A stretch of 64,000 bases of DNA, from assembly GCA_020137815.1 (NCBI GenBank), contig CM035358.1, forward strand, positions 3,844,001-3,908,000, written 5' to 3'. A model generated the notes under the pieces. That model did no database searches, was not told the DNA's origin, and saw only the letters and a list, made by a program, of their open reading frames with translations. This DNA is from Hormiphora californensis (Eukaryota > Animalia > Ctenophora). Shown piece by piece: positions 1-64,000 of this stretch. Each line of letters begins with the position of its first letter. Positions within the stretch are counted from its first letter, which is position 1. The position numbers were made by a program, and so were the translations under genes.

Positions 1-1388
1 CGATCTTTTGTCTCTACTTGAAGAAAGAATGATAACAATGCAGCTGCCGACGACAGCACTGCTAGTCCTAGAATGATGAACCAGAAATAGTCCATACTGA
101 GGGTGATGGCTGGGATAACTACAAACAACGATGCTATTCGCCCGAAAGAGAAAAAGCATGATAAGAATAGTCCCCTAATACTGGTGTCATAGTATTCGCT
201 AAGGTAGATTAGAATCACGATAAATACCCCGGCGTTCATGAACCTTACCAAGAACAGGTCCACCATAACTTTTAATCGTCCCCCACAAATCAGCAGTGAA
301 ATGATACACAGAGTCTCCCCTACTGACCCGATCCTGAGAGAGAGGAGACGGGAAACTAAGGCAGCAATAATAGTAAACACTAGGTTTCCTATTATCTCCC
401 CTATAGTACTGACACTCAGAGCTAACAGTGCCTCCCCAGAGTAGGTGTGACACTTTTCCGTTTTTGTGACATTAGTTTCGTGACAATATCCCTCGTTAAA
501 CATCCTAGGTGCACCCCACGCACTGAATGCCCAGACCATGAACGCTAAACATGTGGTAATAAGGAGTGCTACAGAGTCAAATACAAATGCCTTATCACGG
601 GGTATAGCACTCAGTTCCAGTTCCTGTGGATTTCCAACATCATGTTTTGTCAGCTCGCCCTCAGGTAAATCTCTCCCATTCCTCTCACTGATCACATCCA
701 GGGATTTCCGGCCGTCTTCAAGTCTGTCACATGCCACCTCATAAAACGGGCTCTCCGGCTGGAAGATGAAAGTTACAGCGGTGATTAAAGCAGGGATAGA
801 TAGGATCACTAGCACAACTCTCCAGCCAAGTGTTTCTAGGGTGTAGTAACACAGTATAGCACTGATGAAGGAACCGATAGCCCACGCTAGGAATTGATTT
901 CCAATGTTCCAGGCTCTTGTTGCTGTGTCTGTTGTTTCTGTTGCATACACCGACACAATACACGACATCGTCTCAAAGGCACCCGTTGCTAGAAACCTTA
1001 AAGCTATGAAAGACCACACATTTCCTGCACCGGCCGAGAGAAGAGCGAAGATTCCTCCCATCGCCAGAATTACGATTGCGGGAGTCTTCCGGCCTAATCG
1101 TGTGGTAACATAAGAGCCAATAAAACCTCCGATGATGGCAGCGAATATTGTTGAAATTGGAAGGAGTATCATAACGGTGTCAGTCAGATTCCACTCACAC
1201 CTCAGTTTTGGTAGAATGATACCCATAACCATGATCTCAACCCCCTCAACAAACTGAGCGGCACCGGTTGAAAGGACTATGAAGCCGTTACCCCAACCAA
1301 ATCCCATGTGGTCCAGACCCTGTTGGACTGTGAAGGTTTTAATGGCGGGTGGTGTTGTTGTTGGTGATAGGGATCCATAGTTGGACAT
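1..1388 (-). CDS. SVOP/SV2-related MFS transporter, intronless, 3' end just outside the window
   Basis: ATG at 1388; the frame reads open to the window edge (absent from the ORF track because it has no stop): MSNYGSLSP..QQGLDHMGFGWGNG..EGVEIMVMGIILPKLRCEWNL..TRLGRK..ETLGWR..FQPESPFY..SEYYDTSIRG..FGRIASL..LQVETKD. These are the GFG, GRK, PESP and ETK motifs of the SVOP/sugar-porter MFS family. Confidence 0.88.
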   Translation of the reverse strand, partial: MSNYGSLSPTTTPPAIKTFTVQQGLDHMGFGWGNGFIVLSTGAAQFVEGVEIMVMGIILPKLRCEWNLTDTVMILLPISTIFAAIIGGFIGSYVTTRLGRKTPAIVILAMGGIFALLSAGAGNVWSFIALRFLATGAFETMSCIVSVYATETTDTATRAWNIGNQFLAWAIGSFISAILCYYTLETLGWRVVLVILSIPALITAVTFIFQPESPFYEVACDRLEDGRKSLDVISERNGRDLPEGELTKHDVGNPQELELSAIPRDKAFVFDSVALLITTCLAFMVWAFSAWGAPRMFNEGYCHETNVTKTEKCHTYSGEALLALSVSTIGEIIGNLVFTIIAALVSRLLSLRIGSVGETLCIISLLICGGRLKVMVDLFLVRFMNAGVFIVILIYLSEYYDTSIRGLFLSCFFSFGRIASLFVVIPAITLSMDYFWFIILGLAVLSSAAALLSFFLQVETKD

Positions 1389-1693
1389 GAGAGCAATTCA
1401 AAACAGAGAGAAATGTTTGGAGACAGAGAGAGAGAGGTAAATAGAGAGAATCATAGATAGAGAACAATTAGAAAAGTCTCCAAATGTAAAAAACGGGCCG
1501 TGGTTTATGATTATTTTATTCAAGGTCACATACTATACGAATGCCAGCAGGGACCTTCTACTAGGATCACTTTTTACATTTCAAGATCCTTAGGATCGTA
1601 AGTTTGGATCAGGAGATGGATTATATCTAACTCCTAACCCACTCTTTAGTTTATATCACATGATGGCTAGGTGATAATGTCGTGAAATGAGCC
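1389..1693. promoter_or_regulatory. Putative shared bidirectional promoter/5' region
   Basis: Only 305 bp separate the divergent ATGs at 1388 (-) and 1694 (+). Confidence 0.5.
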
Positions 1694-26201
<24,508 letters not shown>

Positions 26202-27553
26202 AAGGAAGAGTATGATATTGTTGGACACTTGTTGGAGAGAGCACCAATATATTGTTACCATGGTTACCATGGTTACCATGGTTACACATGGTTACACATG
26301 TTGTGTGGCAGCTGAGAGTGGCGGTATATTGTTGTGTTAGATTGAGTGTATGAAGGTATCACGACATATATATATTGAGATTTGACGTCAATCCTTGGTG
26401 TAAATGTTACTTTTTTCCAGTTTATGTCAGATTTTCGAGCAATATGTTGTTACGGTGGCAAAGTTGTAACAATTGTGATTAACGTCAGAGAAATGATGTG
26501 AATATACACAATATTGCACAGTCTCTCTCTAATATCCTCTCTGCAATTTTAAATCTTTTTAGAAATTTTTAGAGAGTGATGATTATTCAGCGAACACAGT
26601 TTACACACATATTATACAATGATATGTATCTCTTGAATGAGAAAATGGGTTTAACAAAGTTTTTTTCTTCTTTTAATTACAATATCGAAGACTCAGCAAT
26701 GTGGTAGAGTATATCACAATTTGATTAATTACCATGGCAACCGTACATCACAGCTACGTGACTAAGAGTTATTACACCAGTTCTGTTGGAATAAATTTAT
26801 TTTGAAAAATTCATTGCTGTACATTGAAACCCCGTGTTTTTCTTGGTTTTGAGATGGGTGTATCTGCAGTACACGACTGAAAAATTGCCATGCGCAATAC
26901 CAGGTATATCGATTTGATCGAATTCAAGCGATGAACCACCGATATTGTTTTTGGCAGAAATCGGGAGAAATAACCGCGCGGCTTTCATTTTGCGCGTGCT
27001 TGAAAGCCGCGTGTCAAATATTCACGAATAATAAATCAAAAATAATTTTTCAAATCTGGAAAATTTCGCGATTTAAAATTTGGAAAAGCGCTCGGTCCCG
27101 AGTTTGGAATGCTCTGCATACTGCTTGTAACGGAGAAACGTATTTCAAACACAGTACGCAGCGTTTGTAGCGTGTGGGTACAAAACTTGTTCAGCACGAT
27201 CTTTACACGAGGGTTCCACCTAAGTCCTAAGGGCTCACACCCGAGGGGGTCACTCACGAGCACATACACAGTGTCGACCAAATCGCAATGGCGAAAGTCG
27301 CGATAGTTCTTTAGGGTATCATACCCGACATTCTTAGAAGAAGAAGAAGAAGCATGATCTAGGGCTGTGACTGTTCAAGTTTGCATTGAAAAGCGCTGCC
27401 CTATCCTGCGTTTGCCAAAAGTTTGCACGTCTTCTCACGGTATTGAGTGTTTTATCAAAACATTTTGTTGCAATACCATTTCCACTACATTATACATACA
27501 AGCAGCCTTGATATCTAGATTAATTGGTAATTGGTTGGTAGTGGTGGCTACCT

Positions 27554-29227
27554 TCATCCCAGTCCTACAAATTTAATTTTTCGATCGAAGAAGAGAAAAG
27601 TCTAGAGTGCGTAAGATATGTTTAAAGTGAGAGTGGACCGACACAGAATTGGAGAAGATTATTGTAGGTAGTAGAGATTATTTCTCTGAGCATTTTGCTT
27701 TTTTTCCCGCTTAAAATTGGCCCCTCCATCACTGAGATACTTTTGTTATGTTGGGAGCATGACGTCACGCATCTATCTCTAGTATTCTGTATGTGAATCT
27801 GGACCTTCACTTACTAGTTTTACCACACTGGGGTTCGTCATTTGACCAAGATCCATCCTGTAGACACGTCAGTGTTGCAGTTCCCACAATGATATGTGTT
27901 GCAACACATTCGATGGTGGCAGTTGTCCCTATCTGTGAGATAGCCCAGTTTCCTTTAGTCGATCCCTCAACAGTAAAGGTAGGACACTCTGGCACTGAAT
28001 GGAAAGATTTATGAACAAGAATAAACCACTAAACCATCAAATGTACTTTTTAGGTGAGAGATCTCCCACAACAGAAATTGATGAGCTCCTGTGCTAACTT
28101 TACGAACTTATTTTTTCTACTTCGTGCACCCACATGTATGACTGCCAGTTATTGACTGGCTATTTGTTTTGGATAATGGCAATGCAAAAGCTGTCATAGC
28201 ATTGGCCTGACCCTATTCCCAAGAATACTTACATTGATCACACTGTGGTATATCACTTGACCATGATCCATCAATCTGACAAGTCAGTTTGGCACTTCCA
28301 ACAATAATATGATTTGCAGCACATTCAATGGTGGTAGTTGTCCCTGGTGGTGAGGCAGACCAGTTGACTTTGGTGGATTCCTCCACGGTAAAGGCAGGAC
28401 ACTCTGGTACTGGATGGAAAGGATATATAGATGATAGTTAATTTATATAATACATTAATAATTAAGACGGCATTCTAGTATTGACAATTATTGTCATTAC
28501 TAGTATGCCGTCTTATGGAATGATGTGGGTTATTTCATACCGAGGTGCACGGGCCAATCAGATGCCCGGATTTTGATATTCTGGTCTCTAATTGAAGCTT
28601 GACTCTTACCTCTATAGAAATCAGATGCTTCATCTAGATCGCTAAATTGGATCTTATCCACAACATCACCACTCAGTGCTTTCGAACAACTGCTTTTTGA
28701 ACTAAACACTAAGTTCAACACTTCAACACCATTACATGTGATGATGAGCCTGCTACTTGTTTTGGTAAACGTCCAAACTTTGTTCACCGCTGCTGGTGGT
28801 TGTACTGTCAGGTCTGTGAGGCCATCGGTACAATAATATACATAGTACTTCATCGTTGATGTGAACCACACTGTCATATGACTGATATAGTCGTTATCGT
28901 TTTCATACATTCCCACCCTGATTATTTTATCACTACCCTTTGAAGAGTCTGTCTTTATCTGGAGGGATGACCCCTCCAGATCCCAGGTCATCTTTACATC
29001 TCTCTGTGTAACGGGTATCCAGTCTGAAACGCGGTATATTATATATTATGTTATATAATGGAGTTGATATACGACATCGCATAGTTAGATCTGTCAGCGT
29101 GATGCACTTGCATTGCTCTGAAGTGCATGAGATTATTCAGAGGTGATTACTGAAGCATTTAAGTACACCAACCTTCGAGAATAGCTGGCCCCCCGAATGC
29201 AGCTGTGAAGAGAAGGAAACGTATCAT
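27554..29227 (-). CDS. Secreted protein: signal peptide, uncharacterised ~135-aa beta-rich domain, two sushi/CCP domains
   Basis: Exons: 29227-29173 (MIRFLLFTAAFGG..), 29023-28610 (WIPVTQRDVKMTWDLEG..ASDFYR), ~28409-28233 and ~27994-27817 (both C..F.V..GTT.TIEC..H.IVG.A.LTC..DG.WS...PQC, a sushi pattern). The terminal micro-exon near 27564-27554 is uncertain. Confidence 0.8.
27626..27760. mobile_element. Truncated copy of the TTAA-flanked TIR element seen at 37152
   Basis: ttaaagtgagagtggacc.. matches the left TIR at 37152. Confidence 0.75.
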
Positions 29228-29299
29228 TTTGACAGTTACTGCAGGATGACGTCTTTACGTCAACGTTATTTTCTTGCTAACTGTAAAGTTCAGGTTTAA

Positions 29300-29505
29300 A
29301 GTGAGAGTGGACCAAATCAGAATTGGACTAGTTTGTTGTAGGTAGAGATTAGCTCTCTCAGCATTTTGCGTTTTTGCCGCTCAAAATCGACCCACCCATC
29401 ACTGAGATATTTTTGTTATGTTGGGAGAAAACACAATGATTGTTTCTATCCTGTTTGATAAATATAGATGTAGCAGGAATTCTCCCAACATAACAAAAAT
29501 ATGTC
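29300..29505. mobile_element. Internally deleted/truncated copy of the same TTAA-flanked TIR element
   Basis: Left TIR plus part of the inner right arm (ttctcccaacataacaaaaatat). Confidence 0.75.
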
Positions 29506-31225
29506 AATATGTATGTCCGACCAAAACATTTATTTAATAGGAAAATAAGGAAGCTATCATACCAAGCTGTATGATAAATGATAATGGTCTAAAGAACAAT
29601 TGTGAGGAGTCTCACTGTCTCAGCAGAAAGGACCAGGCAATTAGATATTCATAATGTGTGACCGTGGGCTCCGTTATCGGTTAGCGTCTTTTAACTGGCG
29701 AGTGCGTTTGAGAAGAATCCTTAATATGCAAGTGTAAAATGATGGTTTTTTTGCAAACCTTAAGATTTTAAGAAAAATAATACTAACAATATCTATTCGA
29801 ACGAAGAGGGAGAGCGATAGAAAAAAGTGGACCGGAGAAATTAAGATAGAGGCAGTGCTTTGTTATAGTGGATGGCGAAGAACAATTGTCATTATAAACG
29901 GGCATAGGTAGAAAAAATACAAGGTGGAGTACATTTTGGACAGATTGGGTCAGCATTGCAAGTACAAGTAGATAGAAAATTTCCTTAAATAAAGAGAATA
30001 CCTTACTCTCGTTTTTTAAGAAACGCTTTAGTAAGAAACTTTTTTATAAGAAACTTTTCAAATGCAAATCACACAATTCAGAGACACCACAACAAAATAG
30101 AACACCCCTAACTTGTTTTGTTTCTTGATAAAGAAGAAATTCTTTTTGTTTTTGGATTGCTTACACCTGTAGTTTCCTAGAAAAAAAGTTTCTTATTTAA
30201 AAGTTTCTTGAAATATGCGAGCTTAATTAACAAGAGTTATATATCTTCTCGAGAAGCAGCGAGATGTAGATTAGCATGGAACAAAGCAGCTGCGCCTGGA
30301 TAGAGCATGGTCCCTGTATTTATACATATTTTATGATGTTACAGAAAATTTAAATATTTATAGAAACACTAAACAGGGACTCAGAGGGAGCAGGAAAGTG
30401 CTGACCATGCTGGCCATGCTGAGTGCTCCTTGGTGAAGGAGAGTAATCAGTAAACATTATACTATCCAGTATGGCTAAAAAATCCCCCATTATAGACTTG
30501 GCGTGCTACACTGTTCGTCGCTGGATTGCTAAAATTGAGTTGAGTGCAAGTGGTCATGAGATCCAAGTGACCTCTTTGAGTCCTGTGTCAATGCACATTT
30601 CTGATTCTCATCCACGGGCTTATATAATAATAACTAGACTAATACACCAAAACCAAATCAAGCTAAGCTCCTGTCCCCCGGCCTGGACTAGTAATGATGA
30701 CCGAAAAATGACTAAAGACACATACAACTAAAAGAAAGGACAAACCAAATAGTATAAGAAGAAGGGTGACCTAGCTATAAAAAACTAAACAAACACCATG
30801 ACATGTCCAAATCGAAAACAGCACTACTATAACACCCCCTAGCCTACACTAAAAATGAATAAGGAACAACACAATAACATGAATGGTCTTATCTGATTGG
30901 AGAATGTAGATCGGTGGTCGGTAGCTGGTCGTTTCTTTGATGTATCTTCACAGTAGCAGGGGATGGCGGGAGAACGAGGTAGACAAGTGGTGAAATTCGA
31001 GAAGGCCCTCAGAGGAGGGAGAGCCGAGACGCACACACGAAAACAACAACACGAGAAGTGAAGATAATCTTCTCTCTATAAGTCTCTCTATCTTCAAGAT
31101 AGAGCTTGGAGAAGATAGGGGAGCTAAATGGTATTCATTCAGTTGCACGCAGATAGAATGCCGTACGCAGCTCAGACAGAATGCCGTACGCAGACAGAAT
31201 GCCGTCAAACAGACGATATATTCTA

Positions 31226-32110
31226 CTAGAAAGCCCATTGCTAAGTCCTACAATACCCCCCCCCCCCACCCGTCTCTATGCCCCCCCCCCTCTTACTGAT
31301 CTTCGTCTCTCCATGTCGGGGTAAAGAATACGGAGTTTAGTACTTGTAGAGCGCTGGTGATAAACATCAAGGGAAATCTCACTGAATAACATATGTAGAA
31401 TCAGGTGATAGAATTGTAGTAGCTGTGTAGAGAGTCAACGGGGTACGTAGGTAGAAAGGCTTTGGCAATCATGGCGGCCCCAGTAGTAGATCCCAAAACA
31501 CCACGAAACACCACACAGGAACACACAACAAACAACCAACAACATGCACGTGCAGTATCCCCCCTCCAATACCCCTTCCAAGCCACCTCCTTGGCAACCC
31601 CCCACCATTTGCACGTGTGGATACTACATCATCCTCCTCACGACGTTCATTTGTACTTTATAATATAGACTAGAAAGCCCATTGTTAAGTCCTACAACAC
31701 CCCCCCCCCCCCCGTCTCTATCCCCCTCTTACTCTTTGTCTGTCCATGTCGGGGTAAAGAATACGGAGGTTGGTAGAGTGGTAGAGCGCTGGTGACAAAC
31801 ATCAAGGGAAATCCCGCTGAATAACATGTAGAATCAGGTGATAAAGATCCGTAGAATTGTAGCTGTGTAGAGAATCAACGGGCTACGTAGGTAGAAAAGC
31901 TTTGGCAATCATGGCATGAGGGCCCCAGTAGTAGATCCGAAACACCACAGGAACAACACAGCCCACAGGAACACGCAACAAACAACCAATAACATGCACG
32001 TGCAGTATCCCATCTCCAATACCCCTCCCAAGCCACCTCCCAGGGCAACCCCCTCCATTTGCACGTGTGGATACTACATCATCACCACGCCACGCATTTG
32101 CAAATTATAA
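31226..32110 (+). repeat. Diverged tandem duplication of ~440 bp
   Basis: ctagaaagcccattg.taagtcctacaa..tttgcacgtgtggatactacatcatc at 31226 and 31670. Confidence 0.88.
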
Positions 32111-32260
32111 TAAGGATAATAATCTCACCCACGATTCGATAGCGATCATTATGTGACCTGATTGAGCCACTGAGTTCCCCCTCCACCCATAAATTTCCTC
32201 AAATCTCAACTAGCACCCTGCCCCAATAAATGTAACGATACAAAAGATTTCCCTTTCAGG

Positions 32261-35200
32261 ATGGCGAGTCATCACAAGAAAACATGGCTCGACCGACCCT
32301 TGAAGGATGACGATCTTACTAACACACGGCGAATGTCGACTGTAACGAATAACTTTGCAAACTCTTTATCAAATCGACGATTTTCAAGTTTGAACCTCCC
32401 ATCAAGTATTGCCTGCTACACATCTGCTAAAAGTAAAGGCGTCGCAACTTCTGGGCTTGAAAATGTTCACACAGAGCTTTTGTCTCTTCTCCTTTCCAAC
32501 AGTATTTTCCGGGACTTTCTGAATGTGTTTCTTTTGCTTCCCGTTCATGCCCACCAATGTGTTGTAAAGTACAACGGAGATTCTTGCTACTTTGAGGCAT
32601 TCCCTCTTATTCGTAGCTCCGGTTACAAGCTATCAGTTGACCGCATCTTACAATGGATCTACTCAAACCGGCTTCCATTCTTTCTCTCCAGTCGACTCTA
32701 TCAGCTGTGTCTGTTCACACAATCTTTCTGCAAAGACAATGCCTACTTGACGTTCAATGACAGTATTGAGTACAGTAAGAAGGAGTTGAACATGTTCGGT
32801 GATTTGAGGACTGTAGAAGGGATTCAAAAACTCATCAGACACGCCGGGAACTCCCCTGATGGCTCAATGATCCAGCTGTGGTTGGATTTGCAGTGGTTGA
32901 GGCACACTACGAAGGACAATGGGCACCTTGAAATGATGCTGAGCATAAGGGATCGTTACACCGCCACCAGCAGCGTCCTTCCTAATGATTTCAAAACCCA
33001 GCTCCAGGCTGCTGTGGACCAGATTGGCAGCGTCTCCTTGAATACGTGCCTGATTACCCGCAGGGAGGATCTTTGGAAAAGCTATGACATTTTACTCGAC
33101 AACCCATTCGTGCAACAGAAACCAAAACTGTCAATGAGGGAGAGGAATCCTCTGTTAATTCTACAGAATGATGTTATCAAGTCTCTGAAAACTGACTTTT
33201 GTAAGCGATTTCTTCTCTACTATGACTGTCTACCTAACTATTTTAGATACACTTCGCCTGGCCCGGAACTGAACCCCACTCAATGTCCTCTAACCTCAGG
33301 AAGATCTAAAAGCACCCTCCCTTCCATCGACCAAACAAGTGATAAAATTGAGGAAGATGGAGATAAGAAAAGACCAAAAACGTGTTACCCACACTTACAT
33401 CCAAAGGTTCGAGCATTCAGCGGCATGTCCAGGAAAACCAGTGGTTATGTGAGTTTAACTCCGGACGAAAAGCTCGCTGATTACTCATCCACGGTACCAG
33501 AAGATGAGGCGGTAAAGATAAAGAGATGGAAAAGTCAAGAGTTCCTCTCAGAGAAATGTGAAACGGTGGAGGAGAAGAAGAGAAAATCCATGCCTGATCT
33601 GAGTACTATTGACATAACTGTGAACGAACCCGCTATGAAGTTGTTTAGAGAACGAGTGACAATGAACAACACTGAACAGGAGACATGCTCGAACAGTACG
33701 GATTTGCCAAGTGAATCTGTTAGCCCCTACCTAGGACTCCATCACCTGTAAAAACTCGCACGTCCTCTCCAAATAAAGCCATGCCGACATTAGGCAATTC
33801 ACGGAAAGTAACAAAGACAACCATGCTCTCTTCGCACCTCGTTCCCGAAAGAAATTCTAGTGTGATTGAGAACAGCAGACAGGCAAGCGAGCTACTAAAG
33901 TTCGCGAAAGCACCCGATCGCTCAATCTCAATCATAAGCCAAGATTTCTCATCTGTCCATCGAAAATCTACCTTCCATGATGCGATGCATTCTCGGCGAG
34001 CTTCTTCTTTTACCCGGAAAATTCCGATCATCAAGGGAAATCTGGGTATTGCGTCCATAGCAGCTGGTGATCCCAAAAAGATCTCAGAGGAGATCATCAA
34101 AAACAAAACCAGTGACAGTATGTTACAACAAGACCGTAACCGGTTGCTGATTGCCTTCATGGCTTCAGATAAACTTGCATCGGGGCCTTTCCGAAACTAT
34201 CTTGTTTCGACACACAACGATACCGCTCTGGAGTTTGTCGAGTTATGGGAATGGATTGAGATTCTTCGATGTCTCACTTCTGAAGGTGGACGACGAGGAG
34301 CAACCGCCAAAGCATTCGGAGGCAATGGTTTTCTTTCGTGTCACGATGAATGGCCGGTGCTTAAGGACGACCCGTACTTTCAATATGGAGAGACTCTTCG
34401 CCAGATGAAGAAACATCCTGAGTCAATATCGAACTTCCTAAACAAATTTAACGAATTGAAGTCATTTGTAGGAGATAATCCGTTGAAAAAGCCCCTCTGC
34501 CCTCGAGTTCTCCAGGAAAAGATTGACATGCTCAACGCGGCGGGTTGTGACGATGAAATACTGGCACTTGTGCAGGTGCATGTGATCACAAAACTGAAGA
34601 AAAACATTGACAGTTACAGTAAGTTTGACTCAAACAACTTCTTCCATTATCTATCCCAAGGAAGTGGGGAGGAAGTTAGGAGAAGTCAAAGTTTTACCAA
34701 GATGGATTCCATGGTTGAACGAAGCCAGAGGCGATTCCGTAAATACCACACGGCTGCTGACCTTCAAAAGGATCTCATTTACTCTCCAATGGCCAACCGA
34801 CTGTGGGTCGCGGTTGATATTTGTGAAAAATTGATCTTCCCATTCGCTCTCCGGAAACTTTCCATGCCCATGCTAACTCTGGGAACAATGATCAAACTGA
34901 AGATGTTCTTGGTGAGGCGAAGGAAAGAGAAAGACGCAAGGGCCAGAGAGAAACTAAAGTTGAAAGCTAAAACTCCACTTCCAGCTGTTGTGAAACCTAC
35001 CGTGGTGCCGGAAAAGAAAAAGAAAATAGCCAAACCGAAGAAGTTTGTTTTCCGTCGGAAAATCAAAGACGATGAAAACACTCACTACTTTGCCATTGAC
35101 TGGAAGGATAAAGTTGAGAGCCATGAGATGGATTTGGATGCGTACATATCCCAGCTTAAGGAGAGCATTACTGAAAAGTTTGAAGACCTTGTCCCTCTAA

Positions 35201-36597
35201 CAATCGAGGATTTCCTCCGACAGGACTCAACTGCTAAGCATTTCCGCCGGTACATCCTGCGGAATCACAAACACTCAGCAATTGGCAAAGATCAGCTGAT
35301 AAACATCATCACATTTCTAAGCCAAGAATACGAAGTTGAGAGCAAAATTGACACTCCTGACTTCCCTGAGCTCTCCCGATCGCTTTGCTCTACTTTCGTC
35401 TTTGGGAAATCCTCAATTCTCCACGAGTTTCAATTACCAGAGAACGTGGTGAAGATGATTGTACGAAAGAGGTCAGGAAACCCGACGTTTCTCCTTCACA
35501 TCACCGCGGTTGTGAAGCACTGGGTTTACACAAACCTATGGGATGACTTTATCACAAAAATGTACCAAGGCAAAACACTCCAAACTGAACAAATGAGTTT
35601 TGTCAAAGAGTATGATCAGCTAACAAATCATCGGCCAGTGTTCTCCAAAGCCCTTGCTAAGCGGCTCATGCATTTTGTTATTCGAAGTCAAAGCTTGGTC
35701 TCATTCCTCTCAAAACCAAAACAGTTTGAGGAATTCCGTCGTTTTCTCGTGGATCAAGGTACCCAATTGGACAAAAATGGGCTCCCAGTCGACCGGCTCC
35801 TTTTCGGGAAGCGGCATCAACGGTTATCAGTTTACGTCTCCAAACTTCCTCAAGATCTCTACTTCCTTGTTGAAGTACTAGCTTATCGAGATTTACTCCT
35901 CCACGCTAGGACCGTCGCCAGGGACATGACTTTGACGGGATCTGAGGAGATTGCTGTTCTCAATAAGGTCGATACCATTGTGGAGTTGTTCCTTGACTCA
36001 TCCATTGCCCCAAAGTTACAGGTGAACCTTCCCACACCGGTAGCTGCGGATCTGATGATCAGCTTCAAAAGCCTCCACTGTGGTTTCAATGTTCTGAGCG
36101 AGGCCCTTGGAAACACACTCCAAATTCTCCTTCTGTTTTGGAAACAATTTTGTTTTAAAAAGTTTGTCCCCGAGTCACAAAAGAAGGAACAAGTGATGGC
36201 AAGGGTTCGTGGTAAGCCTGTATCTTCATCAAATGCACCCCAATTGAGTAACCGTCTGAAGAGCGTCGTTGGGATCACTATTACCACATCTACTTGCTCC
36301 CGGTTCTCTGGAGTACCGAAAAGTAACTGTGACAATGAAATCGGAGGTGTAAACTTCTCCATAACCCGAGGTGTCCAGGATATTTACCGGCCGAAAGCAC
36401 TGTATTTCAATGGAGGTATTCAGGGGAGTGCACGGTTCAGATCTACCATGTCGTGCACCTCCCAGAGATCGGGCAGTCAAAGGTCCGGTTCTCAGAGATC
36501 TCAGAGGAGAGTTTCATCTCCAAAGAAACGTGATCGGTTAATGGTTAATAACACCCACAAGGGCAATACCCTGATGTTACCAACACTATTAGAGTGA
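32261..36597 (+). CDS. RGS22/RGSL1-like multi-RGS-domain protein (~1440 aa), single coding exon with one frameshift at ~33724-33727
   Basis: ORFs of 496 and 938 aa are joined by one extra C (..SESVS-PLPRTPSPVK..KAM). LLSNSIFRDFLNVFLLLP and ILQWIYSNRLPFFLSS resemble the RGS22 N-terminus. RGS-box-like segments: GPFRNYL..LEFVELW, HFRRYI, FRRFL..LYFLVEV..IVELFLDSSIAPKLQVNLP. Confidence 0.75.
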
Positions 36598-36763
36598 TTT
36601 TGAACTTGATTTGCTGATTTTATTGCTCATGGTCTGTACACAGATATTTTCAATTTTGTAAATTGTGTGAATTTTGTGCCATTTCTTTCTTTTGAAACCT
36701 ATTTATTCTTTGTGTTAAAATATGTTTCATCGCCAACGTATTTCCCTTTCTAGGATGTAACTG

Positions 36764-64000
<27,237 letters not shown>

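Overview
Eukaryotic (animal) genomic DNA with short GT-AG introns, microsatellites and MITEs. The repeat families recall a ctenophore (Pleurobrachia-like), which is an inference. Manual splicing gives six protein genes. (1) An intronless SVOP-like MFS transporter (-, runs off the left edge). (2) A ~25-exon tomosyn/Lgl-family WD40 gene, head-to-head with (1), ending in a degenerate R-SNARE motif. (3) A small secreted gene with an uncharacterised beta-rich domain plus 2 sushi domains (-). (4) A ~1440-aa RGS22/RGSL1-like gene split by one frameshift. (5) A giant secreted mosaic gene (36764 to beyond 64000): signal peptide, apparently dead astacin, 9 TSP1, ricin-B, Cys-Cys repeats, 13 PAN/apple domains, acidic and Lys-rich blocks. 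Its ricin domain is split by an ~8 kb intron. (6) An antisense nested secreted-protein gene that fills that intron. Also notable are tandem arrays of duplicated splice acceptors and donors, several MITE families, a ~930-bp foldback and a 2170-bp tandem duplication. About 3.75-4.45 kb and 17.4-24.3 kb look like low-quality sequence. Exon coordinates were read by eye and may be off by a few bases.
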